Part shown: piece by piece, positions 51,622-61,801 of the stretch
How the letters are laid out: each line of letters starts with the position of its first letter
How positions within the stretch are numbered: position 1 is the stretch's first letter
NCBI GenBank assembly: GCA_965372795.1
Contig: CBDVDR010000009.1
Span: 58,599 to 122,598, forward strand
Length of the DNA: 64,000 nt
Direction: 5' to 3'
Origin: an uncultured bacterium
GTDB lineage: Bacteria > Zixibacteria > MSB-5A5 > GN15 > FEB-12
Translations under genes and position numbers: made by a program
The notes under the pieces: generated by a model
Seen by the model: the letters and a program-made list of their open reading frames with translations, nothing else
Told to the model about the DNA's origin: nothing
The model's database searches: none

Positions 51622-52129
51622 ATTTCTATTTTTTGATTCTCCCTTAGGAGAGATGGTCGCCGGCGCCACCGGGAAAGGCATCTGTTTTCTCGAATGGGAA
51701 GACCGGGGCGGAATTGAACGAATTTTAAAACGAGTTGGAAAACGTTATCGTTTAGAAGAAATACGAGTTGAAGATAATAAATTTATTTCTCAGCTTCAAA
51801 AAGAATTAGATGCCTACTTTGATGGCTCTCTCAAAGAATTTAAAACTCCCTTAGACATCAAAGGCACTGCTTTTGAAAAACAGGTTTGGCAGCAACTTTT
51901 AAATATCCCCTCCGGCGACACAAAATCATACGGACAAATCGCCGAAGCGGTTGAAAAACCAAAAGCTGTCCGAGCCGTTGGGCGCGCCAATGGCATGAAT
52001 TATATTTCTATTGTAATTCCCTGCCACCGCGTTATAGGAGCCGATGGTTCCCTCACCGGATACGGCGGTAAACTTTGGCGTAAGAAAAAACTATTAGAAC
52101 TTGAAAGTAATTGTTTATCTCTATTCTAA
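51608..52129 (+). CDS. ogt: O6-methylguanine-DNA methyltransferase
   Basis: RAVGRAN, IPCHRVIG; likely ATG at 51608. Confidence 0.93.
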   Translation: MNKIEFLFFDSPLGEMVAGATGKGICFLEWEDRGGIERILKRVGKRYRLEEIRVEDNKFISQLQKELDAYFDGSLKEFKTPLDIKGTAFEKQVWQQLLNIPSGDTKSYGQIAEAVEKPKAVRAVGRANGMNYISIVIPCHRVIGADGSLTGYGGKLWRKKKLLELESNCLSLF

Positions 52130-52138
52130 AATTCACAT

Positions 52139-52167
52139 AAAAAAAGGTGCCATAAAGGCACCTTTTT
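52139..52167. terminator. Bidirectional intrinsic terminator
   Basis: A7-GGTGCC ataaa GGCACC-T5. Confidence 0.85.
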
Positions 52168-52187
52168 ATATTCAATCAAAATATCAT

Positions 52188-53756
52188 CTAATGTTTGAAA
52201 TGACGATTCCCGGTAAATACCATCGCAATATCAAATTTATCCGCCGCCTCAATTACAGCCTCATCCCCTTTGGAACCACCGGGTTGAATAACTGCGGTAA
52301 TACCCGCCTCAGCTGCAACCTCAAGTCCATCAGCCATCGGGAAAAAGGCATCCGATGCCATCACCCCGCCTTTGGCTCGCTCCCCGGCACGCTTAACAGC
52401 CATAAAACCGGAATCGACTCGTGAGGTTTGCCCCATACCGACTCCAACAGTGGCATTCCCATTAGCAAGAACAATCGCATTCGACTTCGTATGTTTGACA
52501 ACTTTCCAGGCAAACATCAAAGATTTCATTTCTTCTTTGGTCGGCTCTCTTTTTGTCACAACTTTCAATGAATCCTGATCGGTTACAAAATCATCCGCCG
52601 ATTGGGCAAGCATCCCGCCTGAAATATATTTATAAAATACTTGATCAGCTTTACGTCCGTTTGCTATTTCCGGTAACACCAAAAGCCTTCTGCTTTTCTT
52701 TTTCTTCAAAAGTTTAAAAGCATCATCAGTAAATGATGGTGCCAGCATACATTCCACAAACGGTGTTTTATGAAGAATTTCCGCACAAGCCAAATCAACT
52801 TCTCTATTAAGCCCGATAATACACCCAAAGGCTGACAGTGGGTCAGATTCATAAGCCCGTTTATAGGCTTCGGCAATAGTAACTCCAACCGCCGCCCCGC
52901 ATGGGTTAGCATGTTTCAACACACAGGCAAACGGTTCGTCAAAATCAAGCAGCATATCCAGACAAGCATCCAGATCGCCATAATTATTGTATGACAATTC
53001 CTTGCCCGAAAGAATTTGTGCTTTTAAAAGTGTCGGGGCTTGATAATTTCCCAATTCATAAATAGATGCTTCCTGATGCGGATTTTCTCCATACCTCAGC
53101 GATGTTTTTTTGTGTAAACTTAAACTTAATTCCTGCGGGAATTTATCCAACTTGGATTCTCTTGAATTAAAATAAGCTGCTATCGCTGTATCATAAATTG
53201 ACGTCATCGAAAAGGCTTTAGCGGCGCAATGCTGTCTGAAGGGAAGGGTTGTCACGCCGTCTCTTTCTTTCAACTGAGAAATCAGCAATTTATAATCAGC
53301 CGGATCAACAATCACCGTAAGATCATTGAAATTTTTTGCCGCCGCCCGAATCATGGTCGGTCCGCCAATATCTATATTTTCAACAATCTCTTCATCGGTG
53401 GAATCTGCTCGGGCAAGTGTCTGTTGGAATGGGTAAAGATTGACAACTACCAAATCTATTGAGCGATAATCCGATTCACTCATCTGAGCAATGTGATCTT
53501 CACTATCTCTGCGAAACAAAATACCGGCGTGTACTTTCGGATGCAATGTTTTCACCCGTCCATCAAGTATTTCCGGCGATCCTGTAAATGAAGAAACCGA
53601 GATAGCATTAACTCCGCCATCTTTCAAGGTCTTCAACGTTCCACCCGTAGAAATTATCTCAACGCCCATATCCTGAAGATGCAACCCAAGATCAACAACT
53701 CCGGTTTTATCCGAAACTGAAATCAAGGCTCGCTTTACTGTTTTATTATCTGTCAT
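52188..53756 (-). CDS. purH: Bifunctional AICAR transformylase/IMP cyclohydrolase
   Basis: ALISVSDK, GRVKTLHP, LRYGENPHQ, SDAFFP, RHFKH. Confidence 0.98.
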   Translation of the reverse strand: MTDNKTVKRALISVSDKTGVVDLGLHLQDMGVEIISTGGTLKTLKDGGVNAISVSSFTGSPEILDGRVKTLHPKVHAGILFRRDSEDHIAQMSESDYRSIDLVVVNLYPFQQTLARADSTDEEIVENIDIGGPTMIRAAAKNFNDLTVIVDPADYKLLISQLKERDGVTTLPFRQHCAAKAFSMTSIYDTAIAAYFNSRESKLDKFPQELSLSLHKKTSLRYGENPHQEASIYELGNYQAPTLLKAQILSGKELSYNNYGDLDACLDMLLDFDEPFACVLKHANPCGAAVGVTIAEAYKRAYESDPLSAFGCIIGLNREVDLACAEILHKTPFVECMLAPSFTDDAFKLLKKKKSRRLLVLPEIANGRKADQVFYKYISGGMLAQSADDFVTDQDSLKVVTKREPTKEEMKSLMFAWKVVKHTKSNAIVLANGNATVGVGMGQTSRVDSGFMAVKRAGERAKGGVMASDAFFPMADGLEVAAEAGITAVIQPGGSKGDEAVIEAADKFDIAMVFTGNRHFKH

Positions 53757-53758
53757 TA

Positions 53759-54661
53759 TTACTTCCCTGTTAATAAGCGCTGTGCTTCACGATATCGTTT
53801 TGCAGACGCTTCAATCACTTCATCCGGCAAAACCGGACCCGGAGGACGTTTGTCCCATTTTAATTCATTAAGATAATCCCTGATCGGCTGCTTATCAAAA
53901 GATGGCTGACCTTTGCCAATCTCATATTTATCCATAGGCCAGAAACGACTTGAATCAGGTGATAACACTTCATCAATTAATATAAATTTACCATCTTTAA
54001 AACCAAATTCAAATTTTGTATCAGCAATGATAATACCCTTGGTCATTGCATAGTCAGCCGCTTTAGTATAGATAGCAATCGATTTCTCGCGACATAACTC
54101 GGCGGTTTCCTTACCAATATCTTCTACTAATTGATCGTAACTGATATTAGCATCATGCCCGTCATCATTCTTAGTCGATGGTGTAAACAGAGTCTTGGGA
54201 AGTTTTTCTGATTCTTTTAAATCTGCCGGAAATTTAAATCCATGAACAACATTGGAACCTTTTTTGCGAACCCCAAGAAGCTCTTTCCACATTGATCCGG
54301 ATATATAACCGCGAACAATACATTCACAATCTACCCGTTCTGCTTTGATCACGATCATTGAACGATTCTCTAAGATATCCCGATATTGCTTTAACGGTTC
54401 CGGATACTCATCAACATTGGCAGTAATCAAATGGTTATCAACCACATCTGCGAGGAAGTCAAACCAAAAAAGTGACATCTGGGTTAAGACAGCCCCTTTT
54501 CCGGGAATACCATTTGGCATAACAACATCAAAAGCGGAAATTCTATCAGAAGCAATAAACAATAATGAATCACCCAGATCATAAATGTCTCTTACTTTCC
54601 CTCTATTAATTAGGGGATATTCTTTTATGTCTGTAGTAAGAACTATTTTCTGTTCACTCAA
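53759..54661 (-). CDS. purC: SAICAR synthetase
   Basis: GKVRDIY, SDRISAFD, ADTKFEFG, PDSSRFW, DKQ. Confidence 0.97.
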   Translation of the reverse strand: MSEQKIVLTTDIKEYPLINRGKVRDIYDLGDSLLFIASDRISAFDVVMPNGIPGKGAVLTQMSLFWFDFLADVVDNHLITANVDEYPEPLKQYRDILENRSMIVIKAERVDCECIVRGYISGSMWKELLGVRKKGSNVVHGFKFPADLKESEKLPKTLFTPSTKNDDGHDANISYDQLVEDIGKETAELCREKSIAIYTKAADYAMTKGIIIADTKFEFGFKDGKFILIDEVLSPDSSRFWPMDKYEIGKGQPSFDKQPIRDYLNELKWDKRPPGPVLPDEVIEASAKRYREAQRLLTGK

Positions 54662-55262
54662 AATTATATTCTCCTTTTATTAGTTTTTGTAATACTCTTG
54701 GATAAAATTTATGTTCAAGCTCTAAAACCTTTTTTGCAAGAGTTTCGGGAGTATCATCACTTTCAACTGCTACTCTTGCCTGCTCCAGAATTTTTCCATT
54801 ATCATAAATCTCATCAGCAAGGTGCACCGTTACCCCGGATTCTGTATCTTTATTTGCAATTACGGCTTCATGTACAAAATGACCATACATCCCTTTCCCC
54901 CCATATTTGGGAAGAAGAGCCGGATGGATATTCACAATTCTATTTTTAAAATATTGCACTACTTTTAGGGGGAGAAGCTGCATATATCCGGCTAAAGCGA
55001 TAAATTCAATGTCATAATCTAAAAGCTTCTTCAGCAACACTTCTGCAGCTATTTCTGCCGATTCATATTTTTTTGACTTAAAGACAAAGCTGTCAATCGA
55101 CTCATTCTTTGCCCGCTCCAATCCATAAGCTTTATATCTGCTTGAAATAACAAGCGAAATTTTCCCCGTTAAAATTCCGGCTTTGGAACCGTCAATTAAA
55201 GACTGAAGATTCGAACCGCCTCTGGATATAAAGACAGCTATATTTGTTTTTTTCTCAGCCAT
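54654..55262 (-). CDS. purN: Phosphoribosylglycinamide formyltransferase
   Basis: GSNLQS, NIHPALLP, SGVTVH. Confidence 0.96.
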   Translation of the reverse strand: MAEKKTNIAVFISRGGSNLQSLIDGSKAGILTGKISLVISSRYKAYGLERAKNESIDSFVFKSKKYESAEIAAEVLLKKLLDYDIEFIALAGYMQLLPLKVVQYFKNRIVNIHPALLPKYGGKGMYGHFVHEAVIANKDTESGVTVHLADEIYDNGKILEQARVAVESDDTPETLAKKVLELEHKFYPRVLQKLIKGEYNFE

Positions 55263-55475
55263 GTATTCTCATTATATTCAAAGTCCAACTTAAATCAATA
55301 ATTTAATAATAATCTGCAATGAAGGCTTATCTTAGATTAATCTCAAGTCTAATTATTCAAAATATGCTTCGGAAACAATTTTTTTTTCTGAATTATTAGA
55401 ATAAAATAATATTCTTAATCATGAAATTATTGATGAATTTATCGCCCGCTTATTGTAATACTTCGAATAAGCCCA

Positions 55476-56279
55476 CTAACTATTTGAATCAACGAAACTT
55501 AGCAACTCTTTATTAAATTTGTCCGGAGCTTCAAGGTTCAGCATATGCCCCACACCTTCGTAAACTGATAATTTACTCCCAATAATCCGTTTGTTCAATT
55601 CTTCAGATAGCGGTATAAAAATCTTATCAAGTTCACCGACAAATATTCTGGTCGGAACCCTTATCTCATGAACCAACTCAATATCTTTCTGTGAGGGATA
55701 CTTGCCCCGCATCGGGTCAACCCAGATCGCCCCGCTATGTTCAAGCATCATCTGTTCAATTAAATCTCTTATATCCTTATGATCTTTTTTGTACCACATC
55801 AATGCTGTTTTCATCCATTTCAGTCTTGCCGCTTCAATCCCCTGCTCAACAGCAATATTATCAATTTTCCGAATTTTAGGTCCCACATAAAAACCGGCGG
55901 CGCCCGTATCAACCAGAGTTAATGATTTTAAATACCTGGCATATTTTAAGGCGAACCCTATCGCTGTCGATCCCCCCATTGATAACCCCACCAGATGAAT
56001 CTTATCAACGCCAAGTCGGTCAAGCATCAGTTTCAAATCTTCAACCCGATGATCACGGCTGTAATTGGTTTTAGGCACAGCAGACAATCCGTGCCCCCGC
56101 GCATCCGGTGCAAACACCCGATATGATTTACCGAAAAATTCAATTTGGGGGTGCCACATTCTGCGATCAAGCGTAAATCCATGTAAAAAAACAATCGGAG
56201 ATTGCTCGCTTGCAGTTTGTGATTCAGGTTCTTTATAATCGTAATATATTTTTATATCTTCCAAATTCAGATACGGCAT
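55476..56279 (-). CDS. Alpha/beta hydrolase
   Basis: HGF, DARGHG, GLSMGG, GELD, GH. Confidence 0.9.
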   Translation of the reverse strand: MPYLNLEDIKIYYDYKEPESQTASEQSPIVFLHGFTLDRRMWHPQIEFFGKSYRVFAPDARGHGLSAVPKTNYSRDHRVEDLKLMLDRLGVDKIHLVGLSMGGSTAIGFALKYARYLKSLTLVDTGAAGFYVGPKIRKIDNIAVEQGIEAARLKWMKTALMWYKKDHKDIRDLIEQMMLEHSGAIWVDPMRGKYPSQKDIELVHEIRVPTRIFVGELDKIFIPLSEELNKRIIGSKLSVYEGVGHMLNLEAPDKFNKELLSFVDSNS

Positions 56280-56415
56280 AAACTAATTTCCTTTAATATT
56301 GTCTAATTGCAATGGAAAGCTCTCCACTCATTAATGGTGAATATATATAATATGTTCCGGGAAATTCATTCTAAATGAATTTGAAAAAAATAATAGATTT
56401 GATAATATCTAAAAA

Positions 56416-57213
56416 CTATTGAAGAACCAACTCTGCTTCTGGTAAAACTGCCAGCTTTTCAATTATTATTCGTGACTCATCATTGAGGTTTTCCAAAAAT
56501 ATCTGCTTGCCTTTAAATTCACATAACGCTTTTACCTGACTTTTGGAAATTGCCCGAATTCCGTTTAACTGTAAATATTCACCTTGAAATTCAGCCAGAG
56601 CCTTAGCATGATCATTTCCTATCCAGAGCAGTCCTGACAAACAAAGATTCTCTCCTTTAAAAGTTGCGAGGGTCTTCGCTTGCTCATTGGATATATAGTC
56701 TAAATTTTCAAAGATTAGACAATTAACCGGTAAATTTACCAGCAGTTGAACCTGTTCATCAGTTAATTTTTTATCAGAATCAATTACTAATATCTCCCCT
56801 TTAAAATCACCGGAAAGTTTGGTAATGTCGTTTTTAATCTTTGTTATCTTTTGAGCAATAAGGTTATCTGATTTCTGATCCAAAAACTGATAAGCATTAA
56901 TTGTCATTGAAGATGTGTAATTATCATAGTAAAACATAAATCCGCTATAATCCATCTCGTCAATAGACACCGCATTTTTGCGATATTTTTCTTTTAAAAC
57001 CCCATAGTTATCATCTTTTTTCTCAACTATCATGACCGAAGGAAGCCTGATTGAAGTACTTATTCTCTCCCAGCTTAAAGAGTCATTAAGCATATAATAT
57101 GCTGATATCGGCAATTCAGCTTTTACTTTAGGAGGACCGGCGCAGGCAAAGATCATTATAAATGAAACTAAGATAAAAAACAAAAGTAGTCTTAAATAGT
57201 GATTTGAACGCAT
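56416..57213 (-). CDS. Lipoprotein with C-terminal LRR-like ~22-aa repeats
   Basis: Lipobox IFAC; repeats ISNEQAKTLATFKGENLCLSGL / IGNDHAKALAEFQGEYLQLNGI / ISKSQVKALCEFKGKQIFLENL. Confidence 0.65.
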   Translation of the reverse strand: MRSNHYLRLLLFFILVSFIMIFACAGPPKVKAELPISAYYMLNDSLSWERISTSIRLPSVMIVEKKDDNYGVLKEKYRKNAVSIDEMDYSGFMFYYDNYTSSMTINAYQFLDQKSDNLIAQKITKIKNDITKLSGDFKGEILVIDSDKKLTDEQVQLLVNLPVNCLIFENLDYISNEQAKTLATFKGENLCLSGLLWIGNDHAKALAEFQGEYLQLNGIRAISKSQVKALCEFKGKQIFLENLNDESRIIIEKLAVLPEAELVLQ

Positions 57214-57281
57214 CTGTTTCCCTAATTCCTCTCATATTTCTGCTTATACTGAAATATAGCTACTTTAATCTATATTGCAAT

Positions 57282-57310
57282 AAAAAAAGGGGCAAAAGCC
57301 CCTATTTTTT
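57282..57310. terminator. Intrinsic terminator after glnA
   Basis: A7-GGGGC aaaa GCCCC-T-rich. Confidence 0.75.
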
Positions 57311-57329
57311 ATTTAATATGGAAAAATAT

Positions 57330-58655
57330 TTATAATATCGGCAGATATTTATCTATTTCATTTTGAGAAACATGAGTGCGATATTCATCCCATTCGATTT
57401 TCTTGTTTGCAATCAATTTCTCAAAAACATGAGTTCCAAGGGTCTCTTTAACAAACTCTGAACTCTCAAACTCACTTATAGCATTTACCAGACTATCCGG
57501 AAGGACATCAATATTTAAATCCTGTTTCTGCTTCTCAGACATATGGAAAATGTTTTCTTCGATTGATGCCGGAAGTACATACCCCTCATCAATCCCTTTC
57601 AAACCGGCGGACAGCATCGTTGCAAAGGCTAAATACGGATTTGCTGCCGGATCCGGCGATCTCAATTCAATCCGGGTAGCCTTCTCTTTACCAACCCGAT
57701 ACCCGGGCACCCGAACCATGCTCGAACGATTCTTCCTGCCCCAGCTAACATAAACCGGTGCTTCATACCCCGGTACCAGCCGTTTATATGAATTGACCCA
57801 TTGATTGGTTATCAAAGTGAACTCTTTTATATGTTTTAACACGCCCGCCATAAACTGTTTTGCCATAGTTGAAAGATGGTATTCGTCGGCTTGGTCGAAA
57901 AACAGATTCTTATCACCATCAAATAGAGACATATGACAATGCATTCCGCTTCCGTTCTGTCCATAAAGCGGTTTTGGCATAAAGGTTGCGTAAATATTAT
58001 TCTCAAGGGCTATCTCTTTGACAATAAAACGGTATAACTGCGAGAAATCAGACATCACCAGCGCTTCCTGATATTTCAGGTCTATCTCATGCTGACTCGG
58101 TGCCACTTCATGATGCGAGCACTCGACCGCAATCCCTATCTGTTCCAGGGCGCTAACGGTCTGTTTCCGAACTCTGGTTCCCAAATCAACGGTGCCATAA
58201 TCAAAATAGCCGTCATGATCCAAAAGCCCGAGATTATCTGAACCCTTGAAATAGAAATACTCTATTTCAGGACCGACATAAAATGTCCAGCCTTTATCAT
58301 TTACTCGTTTTAAGTTTTTTTTCAAAACCCAGCGCGGATCTCCTTCATAAGGACTTCCATCCGGATGAGTTATATCACAGAACATCATCGCCACTTTTTC
58401 ACCGGCAATATCCCATGGTATTATCCGGAAAGTCACCGGGTCCGGCATAGCCATCAAATCCGACTCCTCAATCCGGGCAAACCCTTCAACTGAGGAACCG
58501 TCAAAACCCTGTCCTTCTTCCATCACCTGCTCTATTTCACTTCGAGTGATCGACATTCCTTTGATTTTTCCCAGTATGTCGGTGAAACACAAGCGGATAT
58601 ACCTAACCCCGGCTTCGTCGATTAATTTAATAATATCATCTTTTGTTTTGGTCAC
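57330..58655 (-). CDS. glnA: Glutamine synthetase type I
   Basis: FDGSSVEGF, HHEVAPSQHE, FMPKP..NGSGMH, SYKRLVPGYEAP, RIELRSPD. Confidence 0.95.
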   Translation of the reverse strand: MTKTKDDIIKLIDEAGVRYIRLCFTDILGKIKGMSITRSEIEQVMEEGQGFDGSSVEGFARIEESDLMAMPDPVTFRIIPWDIAGEKVAMMFCDITHPDGSPYEGDPRWVLKKNLKRVNDKGWTFYVGPEIEYFYFKGSDNLGLLDHDGYFDYGTVDLGTRVRKQTVSALEQIGIAVECSHHEVAPSQHEIDLKYQEALVMSDFSQLYRFIVKEIALENNIYATFMPKPLYGQNGSGMHCHMSLFDGDKNLFFDQADEYHLSTMAKQFMAGVLKHIKEFTLITNQWVNSYKRLVPGYEAPVYVSWGRKNRSSMVRVPGYRVGKEKATRIELRSPDPAANPYLAFATMLSAGLKGIDEGYVLPASIEENIFHMSEKQKQDLNIDVLPDSLVNAISEFESSEFVKETLGTHVFEKLIANKKIEWDEYRTHVSQNEIDKYLPIL

Positions 58656-58833
58656 TTTATAGCTTCCTCCAGAATTCTTTGTAGATTTATTAACGACTAA
58701 TTTAATCTTTAACTTTTAGATTAACAATTAAAAATTGAAGTCGTTCTCTGATTTTTTATGAAAATTGTCTTTCCGACCAATATCAAAGACTATTACAGTC
58801 TTATTTTCGAGACTATTCCAGTCTTACTTCCCG

Positions 58834-59331
58834 CTATTCCACTTCAAGTGACAGTTTAATTACTTTGTTCTCCGGCTTAAGCTGTCGACACTTAACTCCT
58901 GCCATATCAAATATTTTTCTGGCCGCTATAAATATATCACTTCCGTTATACTTATCAGAAAGAAAAACAACTTCCTTAATTCCTACCTGTACAATCAGCT
59001 TGGCGCACTCATTACAGGGGAACAATGAGACATACATTGAGGCTCCCTCAAGCTGCGGTTTATTGGAGGAATTCGTGATAGCGTTCATTTCGGCATGGCA
59101 CACATAGGGATATTTTGTGTCCAGAAAATCCCCTTCCCGATCCCAGGGAAGTTCGTCGTCGTTACATCCGGTTGGAAACCCGTTGTACCCGATACCGATA
59201 ATCCGGTTATTGGAGTTGACGATACAGGCGCCTACTTGGGTTGATGGGTCTTTGGAGCGATGGGCTGAGAGTTGGGCAATTGCCATAAAATACTCTTCCC
59301 AGCTGATAAAATCTGTTCGTTTTTTTTGCAT
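58834..59331 (-). CDS. dCMP deaminase
   Basis: [23 protein letters not shown]. Confidence 0.95.
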   Translation of the reverse strand: MQKKRTDFISWEEYFMAIAQLSAHRSKDPSTQVGACIVNSNNRIIGIGYNGFPTGCNDDELPWDREGDFLDTKYPYVCHAEMNAITNSSNKPQLEGASMYVSLFPCNECAKLIVQVGIKEVVFLSDKYNGSDIFIAARKIFDMAGVKCRQLKPENKVIKLSLEVE

Positions 59332-59436
59332 GATGACTTAAATCTTTTGACCGTTTATTTTATTGATAACCAGTATGTTTTGGCCGTTTTGTTTCATGGC
59401 AAATTATAGAGTATTCAATTTCCCTTTGCAAGCGAA

Positions 59437-59529
59437 TTGTCATCCTCGCCCCTTTTGTCATCCTCGCGCACGCGGGGATCCAGTCTTTCTCCCGTAGGTC
59501 AGTCCGCCAAGGCGGATGTGCTCCTGACA
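59437..59529. repeat. REP-like palindromes (GTCAT-type with partial 18-nt-period duplication, then GTAG-type)
   Basis: TTGTCATCCTCGC twice, GTCATCCTCGCGCACGCGGGGATCCAG, and GTAGGTCAG-TCCGCCaaGGCGGA-..CTGAC. Confidence 0.7.
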
Positions 59530-59570
59530 TTATTTCCTTGTAACTCTTTTTGTTGTTTGGTAGTACACGG

Positions 59571-59777
59571 AAATGGGTTCGTTTTGTTACTTTTGTATAC
59601 TTGCGCATATTTCAAATGTTTCGGTACTTTAAAGGTGCTTTGTGTGATTTTCTGTGTTTTTTTACATCGTGTGATTTATTGATTTTTGTAGTTCGAATTT
59701 TGGACATAGCTCAACGTTCCTCTTTTTATAAAGGGACGCGGAATAGCATTCACCAATGAAATTGTGGGGAAATTGCG
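59571..59777 (-). repeat. Left copy of a long imperfect inverted repeat (partner 63337-63563)
   Basis: Collinear reverse-complement match, with exact blocks of 26 nt (59595-59620/63513-63538), 17 nt (59761-59777/63337-63353) and 14 nt (59571-59584/63550-63563). Confidence 0.9.
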
Positions 59778-59792
59778 TATGATTTCTCTTGA

Positions 59793-59857
59793 GTAGGTCA
59801 GACTACCAAGTGGCCGACCTTGTTTTTGCAGTAGGCAGAATCACTTAGGTCCTGCCT
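59793..59857. repeat. Two GTAG-headed REP-like hairpins (may also terminate the cassette transcript)
   Basis: GTAGGTCaG...CcGACCT and GTAGGCAG...CTGCCT. Confidence 0.6.
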
Positions 59858-59863
59858 TTTATT

Positions 59864-60367
59864 CTATATCCAATTTATGATATTGTTATAATTAGATCCT
59901 AACGTAGCTCCTGAAATTAACGTAATTAACCAAATAATAAACGAAACAAGTCTTCTTGTATTCTTGCCCTCTTCTGATTTAGCTGTGAGCTCTTTTCTAA
60001 GGGATACTTCCATTTCTTCCTTAAATGCTGAATAGTGTTCTTTATTAATATTTGATATTACTTCATATTTTTGTGCTAACCTTTTTTTATCCTCGATCTC
60101 ATTCAACAAAGTGTCTAATTGAGTTGTTTGTGTAGCTAACTCTGTTTGCATCGATGATATGATATTATTAGCTCTGTTAAGGTGGAATCGTGCTTCTTCA
60201 ACCTTTTCTTTTTCATCTTTAGTTTCGGGGAAAAAATCAGCAAAATGTTTTCCAATAGTATGAGTTGTAATCACTTGAATCTGATCTTCAGTAAATAATG
60301 ATCCATTTATTAAACGTATCAATTCCATTGTAATTTTATTATATAGTTGAATAACATTGAATATCAT
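59864..60367 (-). CDS. Coiled-coil protein with C-terminal transmembrane helix
   Basis: Heptad-like E/K/Q-rich middle; RRLVSFIIWLITLISGATLG at the C-terminus; AAGGTG RBS. Confidence 0.7.
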   Translation of the reverse strand: MIFNVIQLYNKITMELIRLINGSLFTEDQIQVITTHTIGKHFADFFPETKDEKEKVEEARFHLNRANNIISSMQTELATQTTQLDTLLNEIEDKKRLAQKYEVISNINKEHYSAFKEEMEVSLRKELTAKSEEGKNTRRLVSFIIWLITLISGATLGSNYNNIINWI

Positions 60368-60491
60368 TTACATCACCTTAAATAAAGTTAAATTATATTT
60401 TGATATAATTTTTATATCCCTGAACATTTCAAAAGCGCACAAAATAATAATTTAATTACTATGCCAGTTATCCCACACCTTGTAGTTAGTG

Positions 60492-61799
60492 TTAATAATT
60501 CATATAAAAATCACAAACGTTATAGTAAACTTTTCTTTCTGCATCACTTGGAATATATCGTTCTTGCGATAACCAAGGAATAGATGGAAATTCCTCTATC
60601 CCATCTATTCCTAATCTTGTTATGCAACTGATATCTATTGATGGATTAAATAGCTTCTTGATATCTTCACTTTCTCTTAGGTCATATATACTTCTATGAT
60701 TTAATATCATAGCAGACAGAAACGTCGCAAAAATTGTATTACTATTGACAATTCTTTTCTTTTTAAAAGAATCAAAATAAGTTACTTTTGAGTCCTGGTT
60801 GATGTAAAGATACTTTGAAGCTTCAAAACAAATTGTTACTCGCCAATCTGGTTCATGCCCATCATGACATTGGTGTTTATATACCAATTCTGCCTTTCTG
60901 AGAATAATTTTAATAAGCCGTATTGTCATAGTGGGAGACTTTATTAACTCATCCAAAAAGGAAATAATTTGTCCTTTATTGTTTTCTCCCGACCAAGCCA
61001 CATACCCATTCGGCCAATTTTTCTGACCTTCAAAAAGTGTGTCTTCAAACACACTCTCGACAAACTTCTCTAGTCCATTGTGTTTTGGATTAAAAAACTC
61101 GAAATAATCAATACATTTTAAATAAGAGTCTATGTTTTTTTCATAGTTCTCTTCACCCATTGGTACAACAACAATGACTTTTTTACTTAGACATGAATCT
61201 CTTAAAAACTGCTTCAAGGTTTCCAAAAAGAATACACCAGAATCACCTGATCTGTCAATATCTTCAACAACTATAAAAATATTTGAATCCTGCTTGTTAA
61301 TAATATCAGTTAATATATTTTGTATATCAAACACTCTCGTTGCAGGTGAGATTTTAAATATTTCAATGAACTTATTTAATACTTTGAGAGATGGAAACTT
61401 ATTTGTAAATCTCAACAGTAAATCCGCTGAGAGATCAACCTTCTCAGACTTTGCATCTTTCCCATCTATTTTTTTTTGAACTTCATTCCTATTTCCTACT
61501 TGATCCGCAAAATCTAAAACAAATCCTTCCCATAAATCTTTTCTTTCAGGGTATTTCCAAGCATCAAAATTAATCCATATCTCTTTATTTTCTTTCTTAT
61601 TTTGCTTTTCTTTTTGGATTTGGTAAAGCATAGTGCTCTTACCAGTGCCGAATTTTCCGATCAAACCTATTATGGCTGTTCTATCAATAGTTTCTAACCT
61701 GTTTGAGAATGCAGTAATTGATTCAGAAAAATCTAATAGATCTTCAACTCTGCAATCTTCTTGTATTAGATCATAATTTTTTATAAATCCATCTGTCAT
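60492..61799 (-). CDS. KAP-family P-loop NTPase
   Basis: Walker A GKFGTGKST, FDAWKY KAP signature, Walker B IFIVVEDIDR, YLKCID. Confidence 0.85.
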   Translation of the reverse strand: MTDGFIKNYDLIQEDCRVEDLLDFSESITAFSNRLETIDRTAIIGLIGKFGTGKSTMLYQIQKEKQNKKENKEIWINFDAWKYPERKDLWEGFVLDFADQVGNRNEVQKKIDGKDAKSEKVDLSADLLLRFTNKFPSLKVLNKFIEIFKISPATRVFDIQNILTDIINKQDSNIFIVVEDIDRSGDSGVFFLETLKQFLRDSCLSKKVIVVVPMGEENYEKNIDSYLKCIDYFEFFNPKHNGLEKFVESVFEDTLFEGQKNWPNGYVAWSGENNKGQIISFLDELIKSPTMTIRLIKIILRKAELVYKHQCHDGHEPDWRVTICFEASKYLYINQDSKVTYFDSFKKKRIVNSNTIFATFLSAMILNHRSIYDLRESEDIKKLFNPSIDISCITRLGIDGIEEFPSIPWLSQERYIPSDAERKVYYNVCDFYMNY

Positions 61800-61801
61800 A
61801 A

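Noticed and set aside
58679..58696. Weak Rex/GlnR-like palindrome before glnA
   Set aside because: Too many mismatches in AT-rich DNA
59360..59759. ORFs 59360-59608, 59437-59682 and 59550-59759
   Set aside because: Translations such as WIPACARMT derive from REP and inverted-repeat DNA; no RBS or protein-like features
60368..60491. Possible integron attC site after the KAP gene (ACTAAC near the stop)
   Set aside because: No complementary GTTRRRY end or paired L boxes, and no integrase in the window
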